From assembly GCA_963733035.1 (NCBI GenBank), contig CAVTBU010000008.1, positions 456,424 to 520,423 on the forward strand: 64,000 bases of DNA, written 5' to 3'. The stretch is from Pirellulales bacterium (GTDB lineage Bacteria > Planctomycetota > Planctomycetia > Pirellulales > PALSA-1355). The notes below the pieces were generated by a model. That model had not been told where the DNA came from. It did no database searches and saw only the letters and a list, made by a program, of their open reading frames with translations. Shown in pieces: positions 10,043 through 20,502 of the stretch. Made by a program: the position numbers and the translations under genes. Positions within the stretch are counted from its first letter, which is position 1, and each line of letters opens with the position of its first letter.

Positions 10043-12241
10043 TCAAATCAATCCAATTGTCTTGCGCCCCACCCAAAATGCGCCCAGCATCACCACCAAA
10101 ACCGCCATCACGGCCGGATGGCACCACAGTTGCACGCGCCGCACCGAGGCCGGCGGATCGGGCATGGCGGCCAACGACTCTAGCACCTGGTCGAGCCGAT
10201 TCACGGCAATGACCTTTCCGCGCGTGACACGGGCCAATTCGTCCAACACATCGGGCCGCGCCGCCTGACCAATCCGCTCGATGGGGGCACCTTGCACGAA
10301 GAACGAGGCCTCCAACGTGGCACCCGTCTGCTTGCAAGCCAGTGTCACTTCGTGGCGACCCGACTCTTGCGTGGTATAGCGTCCGGAGAAGGCCCCCCAC
10401 TCGTCTCCAAAGGAACTCAGCCGCACGGTCTGGGCCTTGCCCGACGGAGCGACGACGCGCGCGGTAACGTCCCCCTGGGGGAGCGGCTCCCCGCTGCGTT
10501 CCATGACGTTTGCGTTGAGGGCAACGGTCTGCCGCACCTGGGGCTGTTCGGGCGAGTAGTACATGCGCATGGTTTCTCCCTTAGCCATGTTGCGCTGGTA
10601 CGCCATCCAGCGTACCACCTGCCCCCAAAAGCGGTAGTGGTATTTATCCTCCACGCCTTTGCGCCATCGCCAAGCCCCGTCAGTTCCCATGAACAGCACT
10701 TTTCCGGCGCCGAAAGTCCGCGTGACCAATAGCGGTAGGCGGCCAAACTCGTTCGTTATGTCCTGGTGAACGCAGAGAACTTCGCTGCCCGGTTTGGCAC
10801 GAACGACCGGCGCGTACCACTGAAACCCCGGCAGACCACCCCAGACCTCGATGTTCTCCCCCTGCGTGTCGGCAAGCTTGGTGAGCAGGCTGCGACGGCC
10901 CAACTCGGTCAATTCAAAATGGCTCGGCATCCGCGATCCCCACCCACCCGGTTGACTTGCATCGAGCACGACCGGCAGGAGGTCGGCCAGTTCCGAATCG
11001 AGCAGTGAGAGCTGCCGGCCTTGCCAGCCGGGCATGAAGACGAGGCCGCTGGCCTGGTGCTCGACCAGCCCGCGCAACAGTCGACAGTCCTCGCTCGTTA
11101 GCTGGCCGTCTTCCAAGCCGACGTCGCCGAGAAAGACGACGTCGAACTTGGCCAACTCATCCAGCCCACTGGGAAAGGCCTTGATATAGTCCTTGTTACC
11201 TCCGCCAACCTTGCCCAGACCGGGATGAAAGAGCAGGCACGACAAATCGACGCCCGGATCGCGGGACAGGGCATTTCGCAGGTAGCGATATTCCCAGCGG
11301 GGGACCGACTCCACCAGCAGCACTCGCAGCTTTTCCTCGCGAATGGCGATGGGCGCCGAAAGCCGGTTGTTGTCGGCCAAGAGCTCGTCGCTCTGCTTGG
11401 GAACGTCAAGGGTCAACGTGTAGTCGCCAACCTCGGATGGTTTCCACAGAATCCAATCGTTCGTGCGTCCCATCGCGGCGACGCGTACTTCCTTGGTGAG
11501 TTGTTGACCGTCGGAGGCCGTGAGCGTGACATTGGCCAGGTATTCACGGGGCAGGGTGCTATCGATCGTAAAGGGAACTCGCACGGCCTTTCCCACGATG
11601 CCAAACGTGGGCGAATCCAAACTCAGCAGTTCGACGTCGGGCAATCGCGACGGACTGCCGACCGGCACAACGAATAGCGGAATGTCTTTCAGTCGCAGCG
11701 CCGTCGCGGCCTGCACCGGTGGTTGGCCGGTGTTCCAGTCGCCGTCGGTGGCAAGCACAATGCCACGGAGATTTTTCAAACGCCTGGGGGCTTGGACCAA
11801 GGGCTCATAAAGATTCGTCTCCTTTTTGTCCTCGCCCCCGGAGAACGATTGCACGACCACGTTCATCCGCTCCTCGAGCGCGTGCCAAAAGGTGCTTTCG
11901 ATGAGCGGCGCAATGGCCTCCCGGCGGGTTGCAACGGCCGCCGAAGTCGACTCGCCCATGGGAACGTCGCGGGTCTCCATACTTGCCGAGTCGTCCCACA
12001 ACACAGCAATCGACGGTTTTTCCTCCGGTCGATATTCCTCAATCCATTCGGGTTGGTTGAACGCGACGGCAATCACACAAACCGTGGCAAGCCGCAGCAG
12101 TTCCAACACACCATAATCGCGACGGTAGCCGCTGCGCCGCCAAGCCAGAAAGCACAGGGCCGCGGTGCCGCCAATCACGGCCAGCGACACCGCGATCGAC
12201 CACGGCGCCCACAGGAACGTCAAAGAGTGGTTGATCGTCAT
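10043..12241 (-). CDS. Membrane protein with VWA-like and glutamine-amidotransferase-like domains (C-terminal half of the 1391-aa ORF, probably its own gene)
   Basis: Internal Met at 12241 with GGGAG upstream; DDSASM, LATDGDWN, PRWEYRYLRNAL, WRWR...FWGQVVRW motifs. Confidence 0.65.
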   Translation of the reverse strand: MTINHSLTFLWAPWSIAVSLAVIGGTAALCFLAWRRSGYRRDYGVLELLRLATVCVIAVAFNQPEWIEEYRPEEKPSIAVLWDDSASMETRDVPMGESTSAAVATRREAIAPLIESTFWHALEERMNVVVQSFSGGEDKKETNLYEPLVQAPRRLKNLRGIVLATDGDWNTGQPPVQAATALRLKDIPLFVVPVGSPSRLPDVELLSLDSPTFGIVGKAVRVPFTIDSTLPREYLANVTLTASDGQQLTKEVRVAAMGRTNDWILWKPSEVGDYTLTLDVPKQSDELLADNNRLSAPIAIREEKLRVLLVESVPRWEYRYLRNALSRDPGVDLSCLLFHPGLGKVGGGNKDYIKAFPSGLDELAKFDVVFLGDVGLEDGQLTSEDCRLLRGLVEHQASGLVFMPGWQGRQLSLLDSELADLLPVVLDASQPGGWGSRMPSHFELTELGRRSLLTKLADTQGENIEVWGGLPGFQWYAPVVRAKPGSEVLCVHQDITNEFGRLPLLVTRTFGAGKVLFMGTDGAWRWRKGVEDKYHYRFWGQVVRWMAYQRNMAKGETMRMYYSPEQPQVRQTVALNANVMERSGEPLPQGDVTARVVAPSGKAQTVRLSSFGDEWGAFSGRYTTQESGRHEVTLACKQTGATLEASFFVQGAPIERIGQAARPDVLDELARVTRGKVIAVNRLDQVLESLAAMPDPPASVRRVQLWCHPAVMAVLVVMLGAFWVGRKTIGLI

Positions 12242-14218
12242 GCGTTTGCTCCCGCGCCGCGCAACTCGGGGCAGACACAAGACGGCCTCCAAAATCAAGG
12301 CAATCAACATGGCCAGCAGGAATGCTCGCCAAATTTCCTGGACCAACGATCCCAGGTTGCCCGCCTGGTCCTCGACGCGAAGGTAATTCAGGTCGCGAAA
12401 CAGCTCGTCGACGCGAGCGTCAGCCAAAACTGCACCTTCATCTTCCGCCGCAGGACGGTTCACGGCGAGCAATCGGTCATCCGCTTGATACACGCCGCGC
12501 TGGTACGCCGCTTCGGTCGACAGGCGATCGTCCTCCCCGCTTACTCGCTGCCAATTTCCTGGACTCTCATCGGTCTCTTGTCCGGCATCCAATTGCCGGG
12601 CCTTGCCAAGCACGGCCGCCCCGGCGGCAAGTGCACGTTGGACCGCGGCATAGAGCACGATGCCTTCGCGGGCCAGCGAAGAATCGCGCGGCGCCGGCGT
12701 CGTCGTCCACAGATAGATGCCGCCCCGATCGGTCGGCAGGCGGGCCAGCAAAGGCGCACCTCCCTCAAGCGTGATCAGTGAGGTTAGCTCGCCGGCTAAC
12801 GTGCAATATCGCAGGACGTTAAGCTGTCCGACTGGCAGCGCGGCTCCGCTCAGGGTACGCGACACGAGGTCGTCGTCGCCGCGCCACGAACCGACCACGA
12901 AGCGGTCGTTTTGCGATTGCCAGGCATCCCAACTCAAACCCCACAGCTTTTCGCTCCCAGGGTTATCCGGCGGAAAGAGCATTACCTCTCCTCCCCGACG
13001 GACAAAGTTGTCCAAGAGCTCCGCATTCGCTCCGGTCGGAAGCGGCGCCTGCCAGAGCACCAGACCAATCTGGTCCCAAGCGACCGCGGCGAGTTGATCA
13101 CGCGAGATCGATTCGGCCGTTGCCAACAGCGTCGGCTCGGGGCTAATGCCAGCCGCCAGCCGCAACGGGACTTCAGCCTGCTGGTTTTCCGCAACCACGA
13201 TAGTCCGGCGTGGCGTTGGATTGGCGAATACAAAATAAAACTCGTCGTCTGTCGGGTTTGCATCAGTAGGGATGGCGACGCGCCCCCAACCTTGCTGCCG
13301 ATCGCGCGCGATCGGGATCCGGTGATTCTTAAGGTCGCTGTAGGCGCCGCTGAGCTCAACCGTTGCCACCGAGCGAGCTCCCTCGATTTCGAATTGGACG
13401 GGTACACTCACTTTGTCGGTCGTGTCGCCTTGGCGAGTCACGCGCAACGAGACGAGGAGCTCGGCGCCGTCGCCGGTTTCCTGGCGGCGAACCTCGGTCA
13501 CGCGCACGGCCTGGTTGGCCACCGGCGTGCGGGGATAGGCCAACAGATGGAATCGCACGCCTTGCGGCAGCTCGAGAAACGCGTCGCGAAGCGTCGCCCA
13601 GCGCCCGCTCCGCGCGTTCCAATCGTTCTCGCGGAGGTCCGAGCAAATCCAGATTTCCGTGCGACCGGTGCGATTATCGCGAATGTAGTCGTATGCCGCC
13701 TGCAAGAGCCTCGGCAGGTCGGCAGGCGCACTGGCCGGACCGGCGCTGGCCACGTTTAATAGCGCGGCGGGAGACTCCAATTCCATCGGCTCGTGCCGGA
13801 CGCTTTCGATCAACACCCAGCGGCCGGAGCCGAGCGTTTCGAGCGTCCGCACGAGCTGGTTTCGTCCGGTATCGAGCTTCGACTCATCCGTCCCCGGCGC
13901 ATGCTGCTGCATGCTGGGCGAACGATCGAGCAGGATGATCGTGGTATCGGCCTGCGTGCCGACCGTCAGGCCCAACCAGCCGCTGGCCAACGGCCGACTG
14001 ACGGCAAACACCAAGGTGGCCACTACCACGGTGCGAAACAACAGAATCAGCCATTGTCGCAGTCGTGAGTAACCGCGTGCCATCCGCTGGGCGGAAAGCA
14101 AGAACATCATGGCGGCCCAACGAATCGTTTGAAACCGCCATTGATTGATGAGGTGGATGATGATCGGCAGTGCGATCAACGGCAGGCCAAGCAACAACCA
14201 CGGCTGCAGAAAGCTCAT
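12238..14218 (-). CDS. BatA-domain / VWA protein (N-terminal half of the 1391-aa ORF)
   Basis: MSFLQPWLLLGLPLIALPIIIHLIN...WAAMMFL BatA N-terminus; LLDRSPSM MIDAS motif; C-terminal EIWRAFLLAMLIALILE TM segment. Confidence 0.75.
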
Positions 14219-15126
14219 CGCTGTGTCTTCGATTGAGCACGATTGATAAGGAAGCGCATCAGTGCCTGTTCGTAGTTCTCGTCAAGACAAATCCGGTGAT
14301 AGTCGACGACCGATTCCAAGACCACGTCTCGCAACTGTTGCAAGTACTGCTGCAGGGCGCGCTGATAGCGGTCGGCGATTTCGTTGGGCTCGGCAAAAAT
14401 CGCCGGGCCTCCTTCCATATCGAGAAACCGCATCGGCCGACGGAATTGAAAGTCCAGCTCCAACGGATCCAACAAGTGAAACACGGCCACGTCGTGCCGG
14501 CAAAACCGCAAATGCTGGAAACAGCTTTTCAACGCCTCGGGTTCAACAAACAGGTCAGAAACGATAATCACCAGCGCCCGCTGCCGAATGGTTTCAGCCA
14601 ACTCATGGAGCACCGAAACGAGCTGCGTTTCCCCCTCGGCCCGAACTTCTTCCAGCGTATCAAGAACCAACCGCAGGTGCGCGGCGTTTCGTCGTGGAGG
14701 GAGTTGCTGCACGATTCCCTTGGCAACGCAGGACAATCCGACCGCGTCTCCTTGTTGGCTGGCCAGATAGCCCAGCGCCGCCACAATCCTCCGGGCGTAG
14801 TCCAGCTTCGTGATTCCCGTCGAACCGAAGGCCATCGAACCGCTGGTGTCGAGGACGAAACAGCACCGCAGATTCGTATCTGCCTCGAATTCCTTCACGT
14901 AGAAACGATCCGATCGACCAAACGCCCGCCAATCCAGCCGTCGCAGATCATCGCCCGGCACATACTTGCGATACTCGGCAAACTCGACGCTCGAGCCCCG
15001 GTGCGGGCTGGAGTGCCGGCCAGAGACGGTTCCTTGCATCGGCCGTCGAGCGAACAGCGGCACGGCCGCCAGTCGTGATAGCGCTTCCGCATCAAGAAGA
15101 GTACTGGGCTGACTTGCTGGCAACAT
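14215..15126 (-). CDS. DUF58 protein
   Basis: GRHSSPHRGSSVEFAEYRKYVPGDDLRRLDWRAFGRSDRFYVKEFE. Confidence 0.92.
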   Translation of the reverse strand: MLPASQPSTLLDAEALSRLAAVPLFARRPMQGTVSGRHSSPHRGSSVEFAEYRKYVPGDDLRRLDWRAFGRSDRFYVKEFEADTNLRCCFVLDTSGSMAFGSTGITKLDYARRIVAALGYLASQQGDAVGLSCVAKGIVQQLPPRRNAAHLRLVLDTLEEVRAEGETQLVSVLHELAETIRQRALVIIVSDLFVEPEALKSCFQHLRFCRHDVAVFHLLDPLELDFQFRRPMRFLDMEGGPAIFAEPNEIADRYQRALQQYLQQLRDVVLESVVDYHRICLDENYEQALMRFLINRAQSKTQR

Positions 15127-15184
15127 GGCACGCGTCCATCCGGAAAACGACGGCGCAACCTGGTTACAGGATCCGCCGGGGCCT

Positions 15185-16213
15185 CTAACTCTCCTCGTCC
15201 ATTTCTCCGATCAAGCGCCGCACGATTTGCTTGGCATCGATGCCCTGCGCTTGCGCGGCGAATGCGGTAATGACACGGTGCGTCAGCACGGGAATGGCCA
15301 CTTCATGGACATCCTCCAGTCGCACCATGTAACTGCCGTGGAGAGCGGCACGGGCTTTGGCGCCCAATATCAGGAACTGCACGGCCCGCGGGCCGGCTCC
15401 CCAGGAAACAAGAGGCTTCATCCACGCCGGGGCCGTGGGATCGGCAGGGCGTGTCTTGCGGACCAGTCGTGCGGCATATTGATAGATGTGATCCGGCACG
15501 GGCACGCGGCGCACCAGGTCCTGATGTTCGATGATCTCGGCCGCGGTCAAAATGTGGTTCAATTCCGGCAGTGCATCGCCCGTCGTCGTGCGGGCAATTA
15601 AAACCTCCTCCGCTTCCGACGGATAGTCGAGTTCGATCAGGAACATGAAGCGGTCGAGTTGAGCTTCCGGTAGTGGATACGTGCCCTCCTGCTCAACTGG
15701 ATTCTGCGTGGCCAACACGAAGAAGGGGGGCGGCAGGACAAACGTCTTACCAACCACCGTGACCTTCTGCTCCTGCATGGCCTGTAGCATGGCGGCCTGC
15801 GTTTTCGGAGGCGCTCGATTGATCTCGTCGGCCAGCACAATGTTGGCAAACACGGGGCCATGAACGAATTGAAACTCGCGGCGTCCGTCGGCCACTTCCT
15901 GCAGGATGTCGGTGCCCGTGATATCCATCGGCATCAGGTCGGGCGTGAATTGGATGCGGCTGAAGTCGAGCGACATCGTTTCGGCGATCTTGCTCACCAG
16001 CAGCGTCTTTGCCAAGCCTGGAACGCCCATCAGCAATCCGTGCCCGCGTGCGAACAGGCAGATCGAAAGACGTTCGATGACGTCGCGTTGGCCGATAATG
16101 ACCCGCGACAATTCCTCCCGCAGCTTTCCATAGACTTCGCGCAAGCGGTCAATCGCTTGCACGTCGTTGTCACTGAGGCTGTGGGGAGCGACCAGATCGG
16201 ACGCGCGTTGCAT
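15185..16213 (-). CDS. moxR: MoxR-family AAA+ ATPase
   Basis: GVPGLAKT Walker A, RIQFTPDLMP, LADEINRAPPKTQ, ATQNPVEQEGTYPLPEAQLDRF. Confidence 0.95.
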   Translation of the reverse strand: MQRASDLVAPHSLSDNDVQAIDRLREVYGKLREELSRVIIGQRDVIERLSICLFARGHGLLMGVPGLAKTLLVSKIAETMSLDFSRIQFTPDLMPMDITGTDILQEVADGRREFQFVHGPVFANIVLADEINRAPPKTQAAMLQAMQEQKVTVVGKTFVLPPPFFVLATQNPVEQEGTYPLPEAQLDRFMFLIELDYPSEAEEVLIARTTTGDALPELNHILTAAEIIEHQDLVRRVPVPDHIYQYAARLVRKTRPADPTAPAWMKPLVSWGAGPRAVQFLILGAKARAALHGSYMVRLEDVHEVAIPVLTHRVITAFAAQAQGIDAKQIVRRLIGEMDEES

Positions 16214-16473
16214 CGCCGTTCTCCTGTTCCGTCATTCGACCAAGACATCCGATTGCCGAACGTTGAGTCCGGCCGTTGGCAAGCCCGCGCAATCGCACCC
16301 CTTCGCCCGAGCTAACCGTCACTGTCCAGATTGCGTACCCTCCATGATAGGCAATCGCCGTGGCGAAGCAAACAAATTAAACCGGTGGTAAAAAAGTTCT
16401 CGCTACACGCTTCGGCGATGCATAGGAACCGAGACAATCTACGAGGACAGGAGAATGTCAAGGGAAAGGATCT

Positions 16474-16899
16474 TCAACCTACATCATTGGACTTAGGTCG
16501 CCAGCCGGGCCCCTGCGGAGGTGCAAACACGAAAGTCACCAACACGAGCGTCCCGAAGACGCTGTAGATGACCATGAACACCGTCGGGGACAGTTCGTAG
16601 AAAAGCAGTTCGTGTACCCAGTAGCCCATGAAGTCGCCCGGATAGCCAGACTGGCCGGAGCGGCTGCGGAAGTAGTTCTCCAAGTCGGTCAGCGGGCAGG
16701 TAATGTTCAGCCAGGATTGCAAAACGACAACGGCAATGGCGAGCAGATGGAGCCAGCGAAAGTAGAAGTTGCGAGCCCAACTCCGCTTGCGAGCGACGCC
16801 GTACATCACGGCCAACTGTCCGAATATCACAAAGGCCACGTAGGAGCCATGCAGTACCACTATCAGGTCGGCAAGGATTTGATAGAGAAACATCGGCAA
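16474..16899 (-). CDS. DUF2784 membrane protein
   Basis: LADLIVVLH, FRWLHL, CPLTDLENYFR, YPGDF motifs. Confidence 0.85.
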   Translation of the reverse strand: MPMFLYQILADLIVVLHGSYVAFVIFGQLAVMYGVARKRSWARNFYFRWLHLLAIAVVVLQSWLNITCPLTDLENYFRSRSGQSGYPGDFMGYWVHELLFYELSPTVFMVIYSVFGTLVLVTFVFAPPQGPGWRPKSNDVG

Positions 16900-16941
16900 A
16901 GCGTTCCGACTCTAGCCTGGCTGGCGGCACGATGAGCCTAA

Positions 16942-17199
16942 TCACTTGCCTGCGCCGGGTTGCCGAGCCTCTAGGTAGTCGACGCAGGCATCCAGAGTCG
17001 CGAGTTGCCCATAATCTCGTTCGGGAATGTCAACCTGCAGCCGTTTGTCGAGCGCGATCAGAAAATTCAGAAAGTCCATCGAGTCGATGTCGAGTTGATC
17101 ACGCAAATTTACCTGCGGCTCAATTGACTGTGGGTCAGCCTCTGGCGCGATCTCGCCCAATACGTCCAACACGATGGCTCGAATCTGGTCGCGGTTCAT
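16942..17199 (-). CDS. Acyl carrier protein
   Basis: 85 aa from MNRDQIR; LDIDSMDF phosphopantetheine-Ser motif; start overlaps the E2 stop codon. Confidence 0.9.
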   Translation of the reverse strand: MNRDQIRAIVLDVLGEIAPEADPQSIEPQVNLRDQLDIDSMDFLNFLIALDKRLQVDIPERDYGQLATLDACVDYLEARQPGAGK

Positions 17200-18419
17200 A
17201 ATTTGTCGGGTTCCTGTAATAGACGATCCACGGCCGCCAGGAATATTCCCCCGCGATGCCCATCGCTCACACGGTGATCGCCCGAAAGCGTCACCGTGAC
17301 CAGCGGTCGAGGCACGACCTGGCCGTCGACACACCACGGTCGCTCGACGATCTTGCCGACGCCAACCATCGCCACTTGCGGCGGATAGATGACACCGTAG
17401 ACCGCTTCGACGCCCTGTTCTCCAAGACTGGTAACCGTGATCGTCGGCTCGGATATTTCGCTGGAGCGCAACGATCCGGCGCGCGTCCGATTCACCAGAT
17501 CTCGCATCCGCTGCATGAGTTCGACAAGCGTGAGTTGATCGGCGTTGTGCAAAGCTGGCGCGACGAGACCTCCTTGCCGCAGTGCGATAGCCACTCCCAC
17601 GTTGACCTGCCGTTTGAGAACGACCTGCTCATTCTCCCAAGTGGCGTTTAGCTCCGGTACCTCGTGCACCGCCAGCGCCACGGCCTTGAGCATGATCGCG
17701 CCATAAAGGATTCGCTCGGCGACAGGGCGCTCGGCGTTCTGCTTCGTTAACCAGTCGAGCGCACGGTGCATGTCGATCGTCGTGTTCAGATAATAGTGTG
17801 GAATCTCGCGCTTCGAGCGGCTCATCGCCGCGGCGATCGTCCGGCGGATGCGGGCCTGCCGGTCAGCCGCTGGTGAAGCAGCCTCGTGCGCGGCCGGCGC
17901 TTTTACGGAAGTGGATGACGCCGCTGCCTGCTCGATGTCCTCGCGAGTGATCGCGCCGCCGTGTCCGGTGCCGTGAACGGTCGAAGGATCGACGCCGAGT
18001 TGCCTGGCCAGCCTGCGGGCGGAAGGCGATATGGCCAGCCGCTGGCCGGTATGTGGCGCCGATATCGGAATCGGCGCGGCGCGGTGACTTAGCACGATTT
18101 TTGGCCTGGGGGTCGGCGGCTGGGACGTTTCGCGCGGCGAGGCGACCGGCGGAATTGTCTCGGACAACCTCGGCGCAGGCTGTCCATCGTCCCGAATAAT
18201 TGCAAGCACGGTCCCCACCGGGACCTTTTCGCCCGGTTCGATCAAGAACCGTTCGATCGTACCGCCGGCGAACACTTCCACATCGATGTTGCCCTTTTCG
18301 GTTTCTACTTCGGCGATGATGTCGCCGCGCTGCACGACGTCGCCAACCTGTTTTCGCCAACTCGTAAGCGTGCCGGCACTCATATCGGCTCCGAGTTTCG
18401 GCATCACGAATTCAGCCAT
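17196..18419 (-). CDS. pdhC: Dihydrolipoamide acyltransferase (E2)
   Basis: [15 protein letters not shown] lipoyl Lys; SPSARRLA...GTGHGGAI binding domain; DHRVSDG catalytic motif. Confidence 0.9.
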   Translation of the reverse strand: MAEFVMPKLGADMSAGTLTSWRKQVGDVVQRGDIIAEVETEKGNIDVEVFAGGTIERFLIEPGEKVPVGTVLAIIRDDGQPAPRLSETIPPVASPRETSQPPTPRPKIVLSHRAAPIPISAPHTGQRLAISPSARRLARQLGVDPSTVHGTGHGGAITREDIEQAAASSTSVKAPAAHEAASPAADRQARIRRTIAAAMSRSKREIPHYYLNTTIDMHRALDWLTKQNAERPVAERILYGAIMLKAVALAVHEVPELNATWENEQVVLKRQVNVGVAIALRQGGLVAPALHNADQLTLVELMQRMRDLVNRTRAGSLRSSEISEPTITVTSLGEQGVEAVYGVIYPPQVAMVGVGKIVERPWCVDGQVVPRPLVTVTLSGDHRVSDGHRGGIFLAAVDRLLQEPDKL

Positions 18420-18441
18420 GGCAAGCAATCCTGCGGGAAAA

Positions 18442-19424
18442 TCACTCGTTCCTAGCGCAAAGCTCACGGCACGCGTCAACGATCGTCGGCACTTGCGGCA
18501 ATGCGGCGTCTTCCAATTGCTTGGCATACGGCATCGGCACTTCCGCGCTGCAAACGCGGGCAACCGGCGCGTCAAGTTCGTAAAACGCCTGCTCCATGAT
18601 TTGAGCGGAGATCTCGGCTGACAGGCTGCCGGTGCGCCAACCTTCATCCACAATCAGCGCCCGATGCGTCTTCGACACCGAGGAAATGATCGTTTGGCTA
18701 TCGAGCGGGCGGAGCGCGCGAAGATCGAGTACCTCGGCTTCGATGCCGAGCTGCGACAGTTGATCGGCGGCGACCAGTGTTTTGCAAAGCGAGCCGCCAT
18801 AGGTGATGAGCGTCAAGTCGGTGCCTTCTCGCCGAACGGCCGCTCGGCGAATGTCGGCCAGCGGGGCCTCTTCGTCGACTGGTCCCTCCTGAGGGTAAAG
18901 CATTGCGTGCTCGAAGATGATGACGGGGTCCGGCTCGCGGAGCGCGGCCAGCAGCATCCCGCGCAGTCCTGGCTCGTCGCGGGCGCCAAGACGGTCAGCC
19001 CGGGAACGTGCGCATACCAGGCTTCGAAACTATGCGAATGCTGCGCCGCCAGTTGCCGGCCGGCACCAGTCGCCATCCGCACAATGACCGGCACATTGAC
19101 CTGCCCACCAGACATATGGCGCAACGTCGCGGCGCCGTTGACGATCTGGTCGAGGGCTAACAGGCTGAAGTTGACCGTCATCACTTCGACGATCGGCCGC
19201 ATTCCCCCCAGTGCCGCGCCCACGCCCGCCCCGACAAAGGCCGACTCGGAAAGCGGCGTGTCGCGAACCCGTTCGGCGCCAAATTCCTCGAGTAGACCAT
19301 GACTACAGGCAAACGCTCCGCCATACCGCCCGACGTCTTCGCCCATCAGGAAAACCCGGTCGTCGCCGCGCAATGCGTCGCGCAATCCGCTCCGCACCGC
19401 CTCACGATAGGTCATCGTCGTCAT
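18442..19424 (-). CDS. pdhB: 2-oxoacid dehydrogenase E1 beta subunit, frameshift near 18962
   Basis: [22 protein letters not shown] in ORF 18813-19424; [17 protein letters not shown] in ORF 18442-18957. Confidence 0.88.
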
Positions 19425-20502
19425 GGCTGCACCAGTTGCGAAGCTTGCGAGCGGTCGGCAGTAGGCTCACGGCGTCCGTTGGAAGAATTGCCGCTGCTTG
19501 CATCGGCACCCGCTGCCGGCGTGTGGACGTCCTTGAGCAGATCCTCGACCGGCTCGCAGGGACCGGCCTCGGCAGCCGCAATGGCCTCGGCAATCTGAGC
19601 GTCGACGTTCGCCTCCAACTTTCTCTGTTCCGTCTCCGACAGCAACCCAGCGTTTCGCAGTTTGCCGGCAAAGTTTGCAATTGGGCAGCGTTTCTTCCAC
19701 TTCTCGACCTCGGCCTTATCGCGATAGAGCTCCGGGTCGTACATCGAATGCGCACGGTAGCGGTAGGTGCGGGCTTCCAACAGCATCGGCCCGGCGCCGA
19801 GCGTACGATTTCGACGGCTCGCGTCGTGGCGGCCTCGACGGCCAAAACATCCATGCCGTCCACCGCTTCGCCTTTCATCGCGTACGCCTGAGCTTTTGCC
19901 TGGATGTCGGTCTGCGATTGGTGCCGCGCCAGCCCGGTGCCCATCGCGTACAAGTTATTCTCGCAAAAGAACAGCACGGGCAGCTTCCACAGGGCAGCCA
20001 GATTAAGCGACTCGTGAAACTCTCCTTCATCGACGGCTCCATCGCCAAAAAAGCACGCCGTGACTCGCTGGCGTCCCTGCAGTTTGTTGGCCAGTGCCAG
20101 ACCGACCGCCAGTGGTAAGCCGCCGGCAACGATCGCGTTGCCGCCGTAGAAACGCAGGCCAGCGTCGAACAGATGCATCGAGCCGCCGCGCCCGCGACTG
20201 CAGCCGTTGGCCTTGCCATACATTTCGGCCATTACGCTGGCGGGCGAGATACCACGGGCAATAGCATGGCCATGTTCACGGTAGGTCGCCACAATCTCAT
20301 CGTCTGGAGTCAATGCCCGCATGGCACCGACGGCGACCGCCTCCTCGCCAATGTACAAATGCAGAAAGCCGTGGATTTTGCCCACCGTATACAGTTCCGC
20401 GGCCTTCTCCTCGAAGTGGCGGATCAACAACATTTCACGGAGCAACACGTGAGCGCGTTCACGTGACAGCGAGGCGATATCTTCGAGGGTTTTATCAACC
20501 AT
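19421..20502 (-). CDS. pdhA: Pyruvate dehydrogenase E1 alpha subunit, frameshift near 19799
   Basis: [30 protein letters not shown]...CENN TPP motif; continues in [12 protein letters not shown]. Confidence 0.88.
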
